A stretch of DNA of 64,000 nucleotides from Rhynchopus sp. YZ270_cl-10 (taxonomy: Eukaryota). The notes beneath the pieces are model-generated. The model was not told where the DNA came from and made no database searches. It worked only from the letters and a program-made list of their open reading frames with translations. Numbering within the stretch: position 1 is the stretch's first letter; every line of letters begins with the position of its first letter. A program made the position numbers and the translations under genes. The stretch is taken from NCBI GenBank assembly GCA_964035575.1, contig OZ037844.1, positions 620,001-684,000 on the forward strand. Reading direction: 5' to 3'. Below, in pieces: positions 21,551-33,740 of this stretch.

Positions 21551-24261
21551 ATTTCGGGATTTTTTGCAATTTTTACCTTACCTTACAGGGCTTTAAGAGG
21601 GGTCCCGAAGGGACTCCAGAGCAACGCGACCCCACCATGAAGAGCACGGTCGTCAAGAAGCCCAAAAAACGAGTCGGGATTCCGCAAAGAGGGGTTCTCT
21701 GAGTGACTCGTGGTGTAAAAAGCTAGATTTTTACACCGTACCATGAATTTTTTTCGCCTGCGGCGCCATTTTTATATTGTTTTTTTTGCTCCGCAAAAAA
21801 AAAATATAGTTCCCAGTGTCTTCCTTGTCAGCAGTGCTGAATTTTTGAGCAAAAAAACAAGCTGACCCCGATCTTGAAATCTGAATTCCTGGATAAGACA
21901 CCAGTTTTCCACACACAAAAACAATGACTGCCTCACACGAAACTACCGTTTTGGTGGGTGCTGGCTATATAAAACCCTGGACACAACCACGCAAAAAACC
22001 AAAAAAGGGGGTTTCCCACATATTTCCCCCTTTACTGTACCCCCACCACCCCTATATACATTACTGAGGGAGAGACACCGAAAAAAAAAAAAGGTGCCCA
22101 TTTTTAATTTCTCAAAAATAATGAAAGGCGAGCAAACCCAAAAAAGAAGAAAAAGAAGAAGAGCCTTGAAATAGGAATGTACCCCCTCAATGCACACCCC
22201 ATGGCTTACTACCCTCATAAAGGTTCAAAACTCAATTGATGCCTCTCGGGGATGTAGTGTTCATACCGTTTGTACCTTGCCATATGTAACAATCTCGAGT
22301 TTTGTCACGTAATAAAGTACAACAGTACTAAGGAAAATACGTCTTGACACACAAAGCCCTCCATCACCTCTCAGAGTGTGGCTGGGGGGGTGAGTGGTTA
22401 GGGGGCTCTCTCGTCGCCCTGATTTCCCCTTTGGGAATTTTCCCATTTTTTGTATGGCGGAACGTCAAAAACGAACTTCCTTCTAGGTTAGTTGTCTGTA
22501 GACACAATGTCATGTGACCTGTATACTTCCAGACTGCACCATCTCATTCATGTGTGACAGATGCTACATTAACAGAACGCTGGTCTTGCCAGGGTGTATT
22601 TGATTGTACATAGCCTCCCTTCATAAGAGAGGTCTTTTTGGTATTTTTGAAAAACATTGTTGTATTAGTAGACACCCGAGGACGCGCGACAAAAGGTTTG
22701 ATGGTTTTTGTTTTGTTCGCCCGTGATTTTAATTTTGGGGGGGAAAGAGAAAATATAATAGCGTTGCAACGGGCTTCAAAGTGACAAACGTGACGCCAGA
22801 AAGAAGACGAAGAGCAAAAGAAGAGAAAACACGAAAGATGAATGTGTCTCGTGCACACATCTTTTATCACTGTCGTTATAGCGGTGGAACAGCGTTGGGT
22901 TTGAAGATGGGCTGTCTCTGCGTCACAGAGGCAGTTGTTCAGGATGATGTCGTCATCCTGTTTTGCTTGGGTTGCAGGTTAAGGCACAACAAACAAAAAT
23001 CATGTAAAATGAATGTGCCCGTCGTGTGCACAGATCTTTAACAAAAAACAAAACATCCATTACGAAGCAAGGGTAGGTACGTGAGTGCAGACCCCTCTAA
23101 GGGACGCAGGCACGTGATATGAGGAAGCAAAAAAAAACAAATTGAAATGAACTGTGCACACATCTCGACATCTAAAAAAGGAAAACTAAAACTAAAAGCT
23201 TGAAACATGACTTGTGCCCTCTCGTGCACACACACACACACACAAATTGGGGCCATATCCTGCGCAAGAATTACCCCATTTAGTTACCAAACACACACAC
23301 ACACAGGGGGCAGCAATCCGTAGGTGAGTACCGACACCTCTCTCCCCTTCAGCGATTTTGGGCGTCGCAAGGTCCGTCCCTAGGTGGCCTACTAGGTCCG
23401 ACCTCACCCGCCGCTGGTAAATGCTGAAATATACCAAATAATCCCGCTTAAAAATCTCCGTTGAGTCGATACTAGGGTGGATATGTGGAACGTCTGAATA
23501 TTGCTCGCTGTGCACACCCTCCAGACTAGAAGTTGCCAGTGCAACCGCCGGACGCAGGACACTGGTTCAGAAGAGCTACCTCGCTGAACCTGCAGGGCGA
23601 CTTAACACAGATACACAGGATAGCACACAGAAACACTCAACAAAACGTGAGGTTTGAACAGCCAGGAACACCATTGTCGGACGCGAAAAAAAAAGTGAAG
23701 TTAATGCAGGCACCCCCGACTTACCCACTGTACGATGCCATCCATTCGGATGAAAGCACAAAGTACCCTGCGGCTTACAACAGAAGGTGTCAAAAAAAGC
23801 ACGGAAAAGAGACGAAAATTATAAGAAATAAAAACAAAATGACTCTCTCTCTTGCTCACACATATTTTACAATCAAGTATCGTACAAAGAAAAGAAAAGT
23901 AAATTGGGTAGTGCAGATTATGGAAGCTACATCCAACAGACATCCCCCAAAAAAAGGTAAGGGGAAGAGAGGGGGAAAGAAAGTGAAGTTGATTTAGTGC
24001 AAAACGTCAAAATAAAAATAGAAATGAACCTAAGCCTCTCTGCGCTCGGTCAGCTAACCCTGGGAGAAGAAAAGAAAAAGTGAGAGCTAGGGGGATGACA
24101 AAAGGGTTTTGAGAGTCTAGATACCAAAAAGGATTGGACTCTACTTTTGTTTCATTTCTTTGCATCGACACGGATGAGTGCATTAAGTCTAAATATCTCA
24201 CGGAAATCGGCAAAAAATCGACCAAAAAAAAAAGCATTTTTCCTCACAAATGTTGCCTTAT

Positions 24262-27200
24262 TCATTTAGTGAGATACATGACTTGGTGGAGGTGGTGAGC
24301 AGAGGGAAGCGGAGGGCTATGCATGGGGGGTAGGTTGCCAAGACGGTAGCGCTGCTTTATTTGGTAGCTCCAGCTGTATGCACTCACACTGGTTAGCATG
24401 TTGATGAGCATACAGGTTCCCGGGGCAAGTGTGTCCTTCGTGACAAGCCCCCTGCTGGCAACAAGCCCCGCGGAACCACTGCAGTCCAGCGCAATCTCAA
24501 ACCCATTCCGCGTCGAGTTTTCCACATAAAACCAGATCGAATGGCTGTCCTTGATCATCCCGATCTTCACCCCCGGAAATGGGTGGCTGAATTTCACCCC
24601 TTTTGCGTCCTTCATCTTCACCAGCCCATGCATGGATGAGACCACCGGGTGCAGGCCTTGCAGGGCCGCCCTCTGCAACTTCAACTCCTTGCTGCTCCAG
24701 AGAGCTAAGGTGAACCGCATGTCGTGCGTCATGTTTAACAGCGAAAAGGGGAACACCACGTAGCACCCTGTCTGCAGAATCAGCTCCACCGTGGTAATAC
24801 GCTGTACTTGCGAGAGCGATCCGCCAACGGTCTCAAAATGCTGTGGATCGACCAGATTTGCCGTCTCTTTGCGCAACTTTACCACCGTCAACCCAGCATC
24901 CTGATAATGGTATGACATAGGTGCACCACGCTCATCCTGTTGCACCATGGAGAGAAACAGCCACGTCGGCGTGCTTACACGCAACACATACGGACGCGAA
25001 AACTGTGCCGTCCCAGAAGGCACCACCTTCTTCGTGAACATTTCTGACACACTCTGTTGAAACCAATCCTCGTGAGTCTTGCAGATGTCGACGTAAGTAA
25101 AGTATTTGATAAAGTCCGGAAACGCCATCCAAAAGGTGCCGTCGTTCTTTGCACTGTGCCCAAGAAAGTCGCGGATCTGCTGTGTCCACAGAGGCGAGCT
25201 GTCGCCCCAGTCCCCGCGCCACTCCTCCTTCCCCCATGGGTTGCGCAGCTTGAGGAGCCGCACACCGATCTCGTCGGTTACCTGGAGGAGGGTGTAGCAG
25301 TGGTTGGAGATGAGCCCCACCGCTTTGTATGCCTCACGCGATGCGCCCTTCTTGCCTGATGACGCGGCCATGAGGAACCCCGAGGATGCAGACGACGTGA
25401 GCTGCAGCCACGTCATGTCCAGCTCGCCAGCCTCAGAGGCCTCGTCGAGCTTGACCTTGGTTGAGGGTGCGCCCGTCAGGTCTGTCAATGCGTCGGCTGC
25501 AGTACCGCCGCAGATTGCTTTGTATGATCCTGTGTGGTGTGTGGTTTGATGCCTAGTGAGGGTAATTGTGTAGAATATGGTGTGGTGTGTGGTACACTAT
25601 CCATCTTTCTGATGGTGTGAATACATAGAGCATTTGGGCTAGAAAACAACTTTATGCTGTCAGTCGCTGCCATTTGAGCGCTGTTCTGTCTTTGTCTTTT
25701 AGCAGAATGCAGTGTTCTGCTGCACTCCGCCCCAACCCCAAGGTACCAACGGTCAGAGCACACACAACACAACAGTGCAGGTGGGCATACCATATAGCTT
25801 TGCGTACGCCTTCTCCACGAGGGCAGGCCACAGCTGGTTGTCTGCGCCTGCAGCAAAGGCGATGCCACCCCTGTAATGTGTGGGAGTTACATTTTTTTTT
25901 ATAAGATCAACAAAAAAGGTGCTTCGATACCGAATCGTTGTTTTTCTTCGCAAATGTGGTTGCATTAAGACCCAGGATGTGCTGATGAACATTAATATAC
26001 TTTTTTGATGTTGTCATATCCTCAAGATTCTGTGCTCATTCAACTCTCTTCATCCGCAAGATTGCATACCAAGATGTGGTGGGCAGGTGGTCATCCACCA
26101 GAACAGGAGTCCATATCCCGTTGTGCCAGAAGCGGAGCGAGTAGACACCCGACTGGCGGATGTCTTGCGTGATGAAGATGCGCCTGATAAGCTCCTGCCG
26201 CGTGCACACCACCGCCAGCGCGGAGAGGAACCAGCAGTCCCCGAGCTGACCTTGCTGGATGGCTTCGGGGCTGAAGTGTGCTGTTCCCGATTGGTCCTTC
26301 TGTGCAAACGTCCATGGCTTGTTGGAGCTTCGCGACCGCGGCTTTGTCTTATTGAAACGCTGCCATCCGGAGACGTCTCTGTTGTCGTGCTGCCCAAACG
26401 ACTCCTCTGTGTCCGACCCATACAAGCTCCGCTTCGTCGGAGGGAACGTATCGTCCACGAAGACCCTCCTCCCCAACTTCGCCTCCACCCCTTCCACGTT
26501 CCCCATCCACTCTGCCATCTGCTTCGCAAAGCTGAACTTCGCGCCGCCGGGCGTTACGCCATTCTTTGGAACATCTACTGCGTTTGTGTAGCTGCACACC
26601 TGACAACTCACCCACCCGGGTGGGTTGCGGAAGGTGCACCTCCGGCAGTCTCTTGGGTCCCGTAGGGATCCTTCCATGGGGTCGGAGTGCTGGCGTGGGT
26701 TGGATTGAATGCGACGTTGGATGTGCTTCTTGATGCTGTCTTCTCTGGAAGGGGTGGCTGCTGGTGCTGGGGATGATGCTCCTTGTCGGTCCCCGCAGGC
26801 ACTGCACTCTTGCGATCCTGCTGCGTTCTGTAAAGTGCAGGAACGGCACCGCCAGCTGCCAGACGCTGATTCCACCGGAGAGCCGCACATCGTGCATGAC
26901 GGCTGGTTCGCGTTGTTCAGAAAGGTGCAGCGAGGGCATCGCACCGTCCCCTCTGGTGTGCCTGCGTTCACTGAGGAGAATGTGGGCGCGGCTGAGACCT
27001 GGACCGTGGTGTCGTTTGTTGGTGACGTAGTGGGGCGTGGTGAGGTGGACGGGGTTGGGGAGGTGCCACGCCGTTCAGGTGTGCGTGCCACAGCGCGTGT
27101 AACGGTAGCGTTGGGGCGTTCCCACTGTGTGACCTTAGAGACCTCGTCGTAGTAGTAGGGCTTGCCGGACTTCGGGTCCTTGAGCTCGACCCAGCGCTCA

Positions 27201-27286
27201 CATTCGCCCTGAGGGATGCCGCATGCCGCACACAGTGCACTGTTGCTCTCGTTCTCAAGGGTGCACACACGGCATTTCCAAGGCAT
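24262..27286 (-). CDS. SOL/calpain-15-like calpain with RanBP2-type zinc fingers and a WW domain, 3 exons: 26070-27286, 25791-25870, 24262-25529 (~854 aa)
   Basis: CxxCTxxN...CxxC fingers, WVELKDPKSGKPYYY...TQWERP, catalytic QGQLGDCWFL, SNHCY and RNPWG. GT-AG introns 25871-26069 and 25530-25790 restore LWPALVEKAYAKLYGSY in frame. Confidence 0.9.
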
Positions 27287-27491
27287 TTGGGATAGGGGGG
27301 TGTGTGTTTCGTTCTGTGGGGTGTGGGTGTGGGTAGTGGAGAGACGTGGGTGTTCCGAACGGAGGTCCACCAAATGTGTTTCCTGGGGTGATTTTGTGTT
27401 ATCGACTGATTTTTTTTACACGTTTTATAATTTTTTCGGGTGTGTACAGAAAAAACGGCCTCATCGCACCCCCTAATCCCCGCCTTGGGAT

Positions 27492-29591
27492 CTAACGCGA
27501 TCCGCTGGCACCGTGTTCCAGGAGAACCTGCACCACATCTGCGCGTGCATTCTGCCTCGCGTGGTGTAACGCAGTGCGGCCGGCCCTCGTCCTGTGATTC
27601 ACATCCACCTCTGGCAAGCCAACAAGATAGCGTACAATGTCGGTGTATCCATTAAAAGCTGCAAGTGTAAGACACGTGTCTCCTATGTTGTCTGTGACCC
27701 GCACTCCCGCACCTGCTTTGACCAACATCTTCACAACAGCTAGTTTTCCTGAACGGCAAGCACAGTGAAGAGGTGAACGTCCCTTCTCGTCCTTTGTCTC
27801 GATGTCTGCCCCTGCATCAATGAGCACATGAACTACATCTGCATGCTTCTCTAACACTGCGCAGTGCAGCGAAGTGGAGCCCATGTTATTTGACTGATTC
27901 ACATCCACCTCAGGCATGCACAGAAGAGTACGCACAGTCTCGGTACGTCCACGACGTGACGCAAGGGTAAGACATGTCAGCCCCTTGTTGTCTGCAACAC
28001 GCACGTCCGCACCTGCTTTGACCAACATCCGTAAAGTCTCGTGAGACCCATCCTTCCTGTCCAAGAGCAGAGGCGACCGTCCCTCCTCGTCCTTTGCATC
28101 GATGTCTGCACCTGCATCAATGAGCAGCTGCACCACATCGGAGTGGTCTTCTTGACATGCCCAGTGCAGTGCAGTCCAGTCATCACCTGTGTGATTCACA
28201 TCTACCTCTGGCAAGCCAACAAGATAGCGCACAATCTCGGTGTGTCCATAACACGCCGCAAGGAGAAGACACGTGTGTCCTGTGTTGTCTGCGGCACTCA
28301 CATCCGCACCTGCTTTGACCAACATCTTCACAGTGTCTGCTGCTCCTACGTTGCCTGCCAAGAGCAGAGGAGGACATCCGTACTCATTCTTTGTCTCGAT
28401 GTCTGCCCCTGCATCAATCAGCACCTGACACACTGCAGGGTCCTCCCACATGGCTGGACAGGGTCGGTCTTCCTTGTACTCCTGCCCGTGTGGGACAAAC
28501 GCAACGTTGCTGCAGACTGACTTCCAATGCTGCAAGAGGACCTCCGTGCACGCAGTGTGGTCTGCGTGGATGCACTCACTCAGCAGCATCCCGAAGCCCA
28601 TCTGCGTTGTCTCAACATACGGAAGAAGCAGTGCGAGGCATTCATCGTGGTTCCCTCTGCATGCCTCGTGCACAGCATCGAAGGAAACCGTTTTGCTGTC
28701 TGTGTGAGAGCTGAGCTTCTCAAGTCCCGCCCGCACGGTAGTCGTGTCGCCGTTCCTGGCAGCCTCCACCAAGGCAAAGTGGAGCACGTCCTCTGCCCCT
28801 GCAAGCACCGCACGCAGCACAAGAGCTGCCTCCTCATCAACAGGCTTGCCCACAGCACCGCCAGAAAGAAGTGCCTTCACACAGGCAAGGTGATGCCCAG
28901 CAACAGCAGCATCCAGCGCAGTCATCCCATCAACACAGTGTTCACAGTCTGCACCCTTCGCAACAAGAAACTGCACCACATCCGCATCGCCACGGCACGC
29001 TGCAATGTACAGCGGACGTGCACGGCTCGCGTCGTTCTCACTGTGCACCTCCAGCCCTGCCCCAGACGCGACGAGCAGCTCTGCACTCGCAAGATCCCCA
29101 AGGTGTGCAGCCACACACAACGGCTTGATGCGCCTCCCATTCAGGTCCAACTTGTGTTCCTTCAGCAGCATCGCAAGCACCTCCACTCGCTTCAGGTGCA
29201 GACAGGTCAGCAGGAGCTCGTCCACATCGACTTCCAAGCAGACACGGGTGTTGTCCGAGCATGACTTCCAATGCTGCAAGAGGACCTCCGTGCACGCAGT
29301 GTGGTCTGCGTGGATGCACTCACTCAGCAGGATCCCAAAGCCGTTCGTTCGGTCAACGTAGTGGGGAAGAAGCCGTGCGAGGTCTTCATCTTCGTTCCCT
29401 CTGCATGCCTCGTGCACAACATCGAAGGACACCGTTTTGCTGTCTGTGTCTGGTCTCAGCTTCTCAAGTCCCTCCCGCACGGCAGTCGTGTCGCGGTTCC
29501 TGGCAGCCTCCACCAAGACCTCGTCTGCAGAAAGCTTTCTTCTCTTTGGTGCCTTCTCGTCAGGTGTGCTGTCTGCGTGTCGCTTCGACAT
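27492..29591 (-). CDS. Ankyrin-repeat family protein, long form with duplicated N-module (699 aa)
   Basis: Two VEAARN...CTEVLLQHWKS modules separated by an invariant ankyrin block (SDNTRVCLEVD...EDVLHFA), then variable triads. Confidence 0.9.
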   Translation of the reverse strand: MSKRHADSTPDEKAPKRRKLSADEVLVEAARNRDTTAVREGLEKLRPDTDSKTVSFDVVHEACRGNEDEDLARLLPHYVDRTNGFGILLSECIHADHTACTEVLLQHWKSCSDNTRVCLEVDVDELLLTCLHLKRVEVLAMLLKEHKLDLNGRRIKPLCVAAHLGDLASAELLVASGAGLEVHSENDASRARPLYIAACRGDADVVQFLVAKGADCEHCVDGMTALDAAVAGHHLACVKALLSGGAVGKPVDEEAALVLRAVLAGAEDVLHFALVEAARNGDTTTVRAGLEKLSSHTDSKTVSFDAVHEACRGNHDECLALLLPYVETTQMGFGMLLSECIHADHTACTEVLLQHWKSVCSNVAFVPHGQEYKEDRPCPAMWEDPAVCQVLIDAGADIETKNEYGCPPLLLAGNVGAADTVKMLVKAGADVSAADNTGHTCLLLAACYGHTEIVRYLVGLPEVDVNHTGDDWTALHWACQEDHSDVVQLLIDAGADIDAKDEEGRSPLLLDRKDGSHETLRMLVKAGADVRVADNKGLTCLTLASRRGRTETVRTLLCMPEVDVNQSNNMGSTSLHCAVLEKHADVVHVLIDAGADIETKDEKGRSPLHCACRSGKLAVVKMLVKAGAGVRVTDNIGDTCLTLAAFNGYTDIVRYLVGLPEVDVNHRTRAGRTALHHARQNARADVVQVLLEHGASGSR

Positions 29592-30312
29592 GGTTTGTGA
29601 AGATGTTGATATTCAATGTTGTGTCTTTTATTCTGTTTCTTTTTGTGGAGGTTGTGAGGTGAGTGGTGGGTGGTATACATTCGCCGCGATGTGGCCTGCA
29701 GCATCCACACTGTGGACACAGATGCTGCACTTTGCCGCCAACAGGAAGCTGGACAGCAATCAGGAGATGGGCACGGGGCCTGAGGACAACGTTGCAGACG
29801 ATTGGTAAGGCCGTGCCGGACCGAGGGTGTTTGCGCAGGGACACGGCTGGAGGGGTATTCCTATACATTTTTGCCTTGTCCGTTGCCAGTTACCCGGTAC
29901 TGCGGAATAGGACTGCCCTTGTGGGGGGCGGAGAGGAGGTGGAGTTGCCTAGTAGCAAAGGTGTGTAGAAACCAATGGGAAATGAGTGTTGAGAAAGACA
30001 GAGATGTCGTACCGAAAACAAAAGTGGGGCAGGCAGTCGTTTCTGTTTCCTATTGGAAAGCTGGGTTTTAAAAGAATAATAAAGTGCCCTGTTCGTAGTA
30101 CTGTTATGAACGTGAGACACCAAAACCATAAAAGTACCCCAACTAAATATGGACCAAACTATGTCCGGTCCAAACAGTTTACGAAGACTATAGATGTTAT
30201 CACCACCTTGTCACCTTCACTTCCCTCTTTTCATTCCAAATGTCATTCCATCCCCCTTTGTGAGCTAACGCGATCCTCACGAAAGACCAGGAAAAGCCAC
30301 CGAGAAAGCTAC

Positions 30313-31656
30313 TCACGTGGTGCCACCGTGTTCCAGGAGAACCTTCACCACATCCACACGTGCGTTCTTCCTGGCACGCTGCAACGCAGTGCACCCACCC
30401 CTCGTCCTGTGATTCACATCCACCTCAGGCAAGCCAACAAGATAGCGCACAGTCTCGGTGCGTACACAAGCAGCCGCAAGGGTGAGACATGTGTGTCCTT
30501 TGTTGTCTGTGACACACACTCCCGCACCTGTTTCCACCAACATCTTTACAAAAGCGAGTTCCCCTGAACGACAACCCACGTGCAGAGGCGAACGTCCCTT
30601 TTCGTCCTTGGTCTCGATGTCTGCCCCTGCATCAATGAGCACCTTCATCACATCAGAGCGCTTGCTAAACACTGCACGGTGCAGCGCTGTGGAGCCGTTG
30701 TTATTTGTTTGATTCACATCCACCCCCGTCATGCACAGAAGAGTACGCACAGTCTCGGTGTGTCCTGTATTTGCAGCAAGAATAAGACATGTGTCTCCAT
30801 CGTTGTCTGTGGCACTCACGTCCGCACCTGCTTTGACCAACATCTTCACAGTGTCAAGACACCCATCCTGGCTGGCCACAAGCAGAGGCGAACATCCGTC
30901 CTCTTCCTTCGCCTCCAGGTCTGCACCTGCATCAATCAGCACCTTCACCACATCGGAGTAATCTTGATAGGCTGCAAAGAGCAGAGCAGTGTAGCCGTCA
31001 GCTTTGTGATTCACGTCCACCTCGGGAAAACTCATAAGATAGCGCACAGTCTCGATGTGTCCAAAATATGACGCAACCATCAGACATGTGATATCTTTGT
31101 TGTCGTCTGTGACAGAGTACAGAGAAGACCTACCCTGTCCAGCCATGTGGGAGGACCCTGCAGTGTGTCAGGTGCTCATTGATGCAGGGGCAGACATCGA
31201 GACAAAGGACGACAGGGGACGTTCTCCTCTACACTTGGCTTGTCGTTCAGGAGCACTCGCAGTTGTGAAGATGTTGGTCAAAGCAGGTGTGGTAGTGTGT
31301 GGGACAAACGCAACGTTGCTGCAGACTGACTTCCAATGCTGCAAGAGGACCTCCGTGCGCGCAGTGTGGTCTGCGTGGATGCACTCACTCAGCAGCATCC
31401 CGAAGCCCATCTGCGTTGTCTCAACATACGGAAGAAGCAGTGCGAGGCATTCATCGTGGTTCCCTCTGCATGCCTCGTGCACAGCATCGAAGGCAACCGT
31501 TTTGCTGTCTGTGTCTGGGATGAGCTTCTCAAGTCCCACCCGCACGGCAGTCGTGTCGCCGTTCCTGGCAGCCTCCACCAAGACCTCGTCTGCAGAAAGC
31601 TTTCTTCTCTTTGGTGCCTTCTCGTCAGGTGTGCTGTCTGCGTGTCGCTTCGACAT
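30313..31656 (-). pseudogene. Ankyrin family copy disrupted by an internal ~185-bp inversion
   Basis: Segment ~31115-31299 encodes EYREDLPCPAMWEDPAVCQ...VVKMLVKAGV on the + strand while both flanks code on the minus strand. Confidence 0.85.
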
Positions 31657-32390
31657 GGTTTTAATTCTGATCCTTTTTGTGGGGGTTGTGAGGTGAGTGG
31701 TGGGTGGTATCCATTCTCCATAAAGATATCTGGAGGGCTGTGGCCTGCAGCATCCACACTGTGGACACAGATGCTGCACTTTGCCGCCAACAGGAAGCTG
31801 GACAGCAATCAGGAGATGGGCACGGGGCCTGAGGACAACGTTGCAGACGATTGGTAAGGCCGTGATGGACCGAGGGTGTTTGCGCAGGGACACGGCTGGT
31901 GCTCAGGGAACGTCGAAGTGTGAAGCTAGGGGTATTCCTATACATTTTTGCCTTGTCCGTTGCCAGTTACCCGGTACTGCGGAATAGGACTGCCCTTGTG
32001 GGGGGCGGAGAGGAGGTGGAGTTGCCTAGTAGCAAAGGTGTGTAGAAACCAATGGGAAATGAGTGTTGAGAAAGACAGAGATGTCGTACCGAAAACAAAA
32101 GTGGGGCAGGCAGTCGTTTCTGTTTCCTATTGGAAAGCTGGGTTTTAAAAGAATAATAAAGTGCCCTGTTCGTAGTACTGTTATGAACGTGAGACACCAA
32201 AACCATAAAAGTACCCCAACTAAATATGGACCAAACTATGTCCGGTCCAAACAGTTTACGAAGACTATAGATGTTATCACCACCTTGTCACCTTCACTTC
32301 CCTCTTTTCATTCCAAATGTCATTCCATCCCCCCTTTGTGAGCTAACGCGATCCTCACGAAAGACCAGGAAAAGCCACCGAGAAAGCTAC

Positions 32391-33740
32391 TCACGTGGTG
32401 CCACCGTGTTCCAGGAGAACCTTCACCACATCCACACGTGCGTTCTTCCTGGCACGCTGCAACGCAGTGCACCCACCCCTCGTCCTGTGATTCACATCCA
32501 CCTCAGGCAAGCCAACAAGATAGCGCACAGTCTCGGTGCGTACACAAGCAGCCGCAAGGGTGAGACATGTGTGTCCTTTGTTGTCTGTGACACACACTCC
32601 CGCACCTGTTTCCACCAACATCTTTACAAAAGCGAGTTCCCCTGAACGACAACCCACGTGCAGAGGCGAACGTCCCTTTTCGTCCTTGGTCTCGATGTCT
32701 GCCCCTGCATCAATGAGCACCTTCATCACATCAGAGCGCTTGCTAAACACTGCACGGTGCAGCGCTGTGGAGCCGTTGTTATTTGTTTGATTCACATCCA
32801 CCTCAGGCATGCACAGAAGAGTACGCACAGTCTCGGTGTGTCCTTTATTTGCAGCAAGAATAAGACATGTGTCTCCATCGTTGTCTGTGGCACTCACGTC
32901 CGCACCTGCTTTGACCAACATCTTCACAGTGTCAAGAGACCCATCCATGCTGGCCAGGAGCAGAGGCGAATATCCGTTCTCGTCCTCTGCATCCATGTCT
33001 GCACCTGCATCAATGAGCACCTCCACCACATCGAGGAAATCTTCTTGACCTGCCCAGTGCAACGCAGTGAAGTCATCACCTGCGTGATTCACGTCCACTT
33101 CAGGCAAGTCCACAAGATAGCGCACAGTCTCGGTGTGTCCAAAATACGCCGCAAGGGTAAGACATGTGTGTCCTTTGCTGTCTCTGGCACTCACGTCTGC
33201 ACCCGCTTTGAGTAACATCATGACAGTGTCTGCTGCTCCTTCGTTGCCTGCAAAGAGCAGAGGCGAGTCTCCCTTCTCATCCTTTGTCTCGATGTCTGCC
33301 CCTGCATCAATGAGCACCTGACACACTGCAGGGTCCGCCCACATGGCTGGACAGGGTCGGTCTCCAGTGTCCTCCTGCCCGTGTGGAACAAACGCGACGT
33401 TGCTGCAGACTGACTTCCAATGCTGCAAGAGGACCTCCGTGCACGCAGTGTGGTCTGCGTGGATGCACTCACTCAGCAGCATCCCGAAGCCCATCTGCGT
33501 TGTCTCAACATGCGGAAGAAGCAGTGCGAGGCATTCATCGTGGTTCCCTCTGCATGCCTCGTGCACAGCATCGAAGGCAACCGTTTTGCTGTCTGTGTCT
33601 GGGCTGAGCTTCTCAAGTCCCACCCGCACGGCAGTCGTGTCGCCGTTCCTGGCAGCCTCCACCAAGACCGAGTCTGCAGAAAGCGTTGTTCCGTTTGGTG
33701 CCTTCTCGTCAGGTGTGCTGTCTGCGTGTCGCTTCGACAT
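32391..33740 (-). CDS. Ankyrin-repeat family protein, PNGTT type (449 aa)
   Basis: Family motifs; the 3' ~550 nt are almost identical to the copy at 30313. Confidence 0.9.
   Translation of the reverse strand: MSKRHADSTPDEKAPNGTTLSADSVLVEAARNGDTTAVRVGLEKLSPDTDSKTVAFDAVHEACRGNHDECLALLLPHVETTQMGFGMLLSECIHADHTACTEVLLQHWKSVCSNVAFVPHGQEDTGDRPCPAMWADPAVCQVLIDAGADIETKDEKGDSPLLFAGNEGAADTVMMLLKAGADVSARDSKGHTCLTLAAYFGHTETVRYLVDLPEVDVNHAGDDFTALHWAGQEDFLDVVEVLIDAGADMDAEDENGYSPLLLASMDGSLDTVKMLVKAGADVSATDNDGDTCLILAANKGHTETVRTLLCMPEVDVNQTNNNGSTALHRAVFSKRSDVMKVLIDAGADIETKDEKGRSPLHVGCRSGELAFVKMLVETGAGVCVTDNKGHTCLTLAAACVRTETVRYLVGLPEVDVNHRTRGGCTALQRARKNARVDVVKVLLEHGGTT

Noticed and set aside
22305..22325. Partial resemblance (GTACTTTATT on the minus strand) to a euglenozoan spliced-leader 3' end
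   Set aside because: Only ~10 nt in AT-rich DNA, with no remainder of an SL exon or intron.
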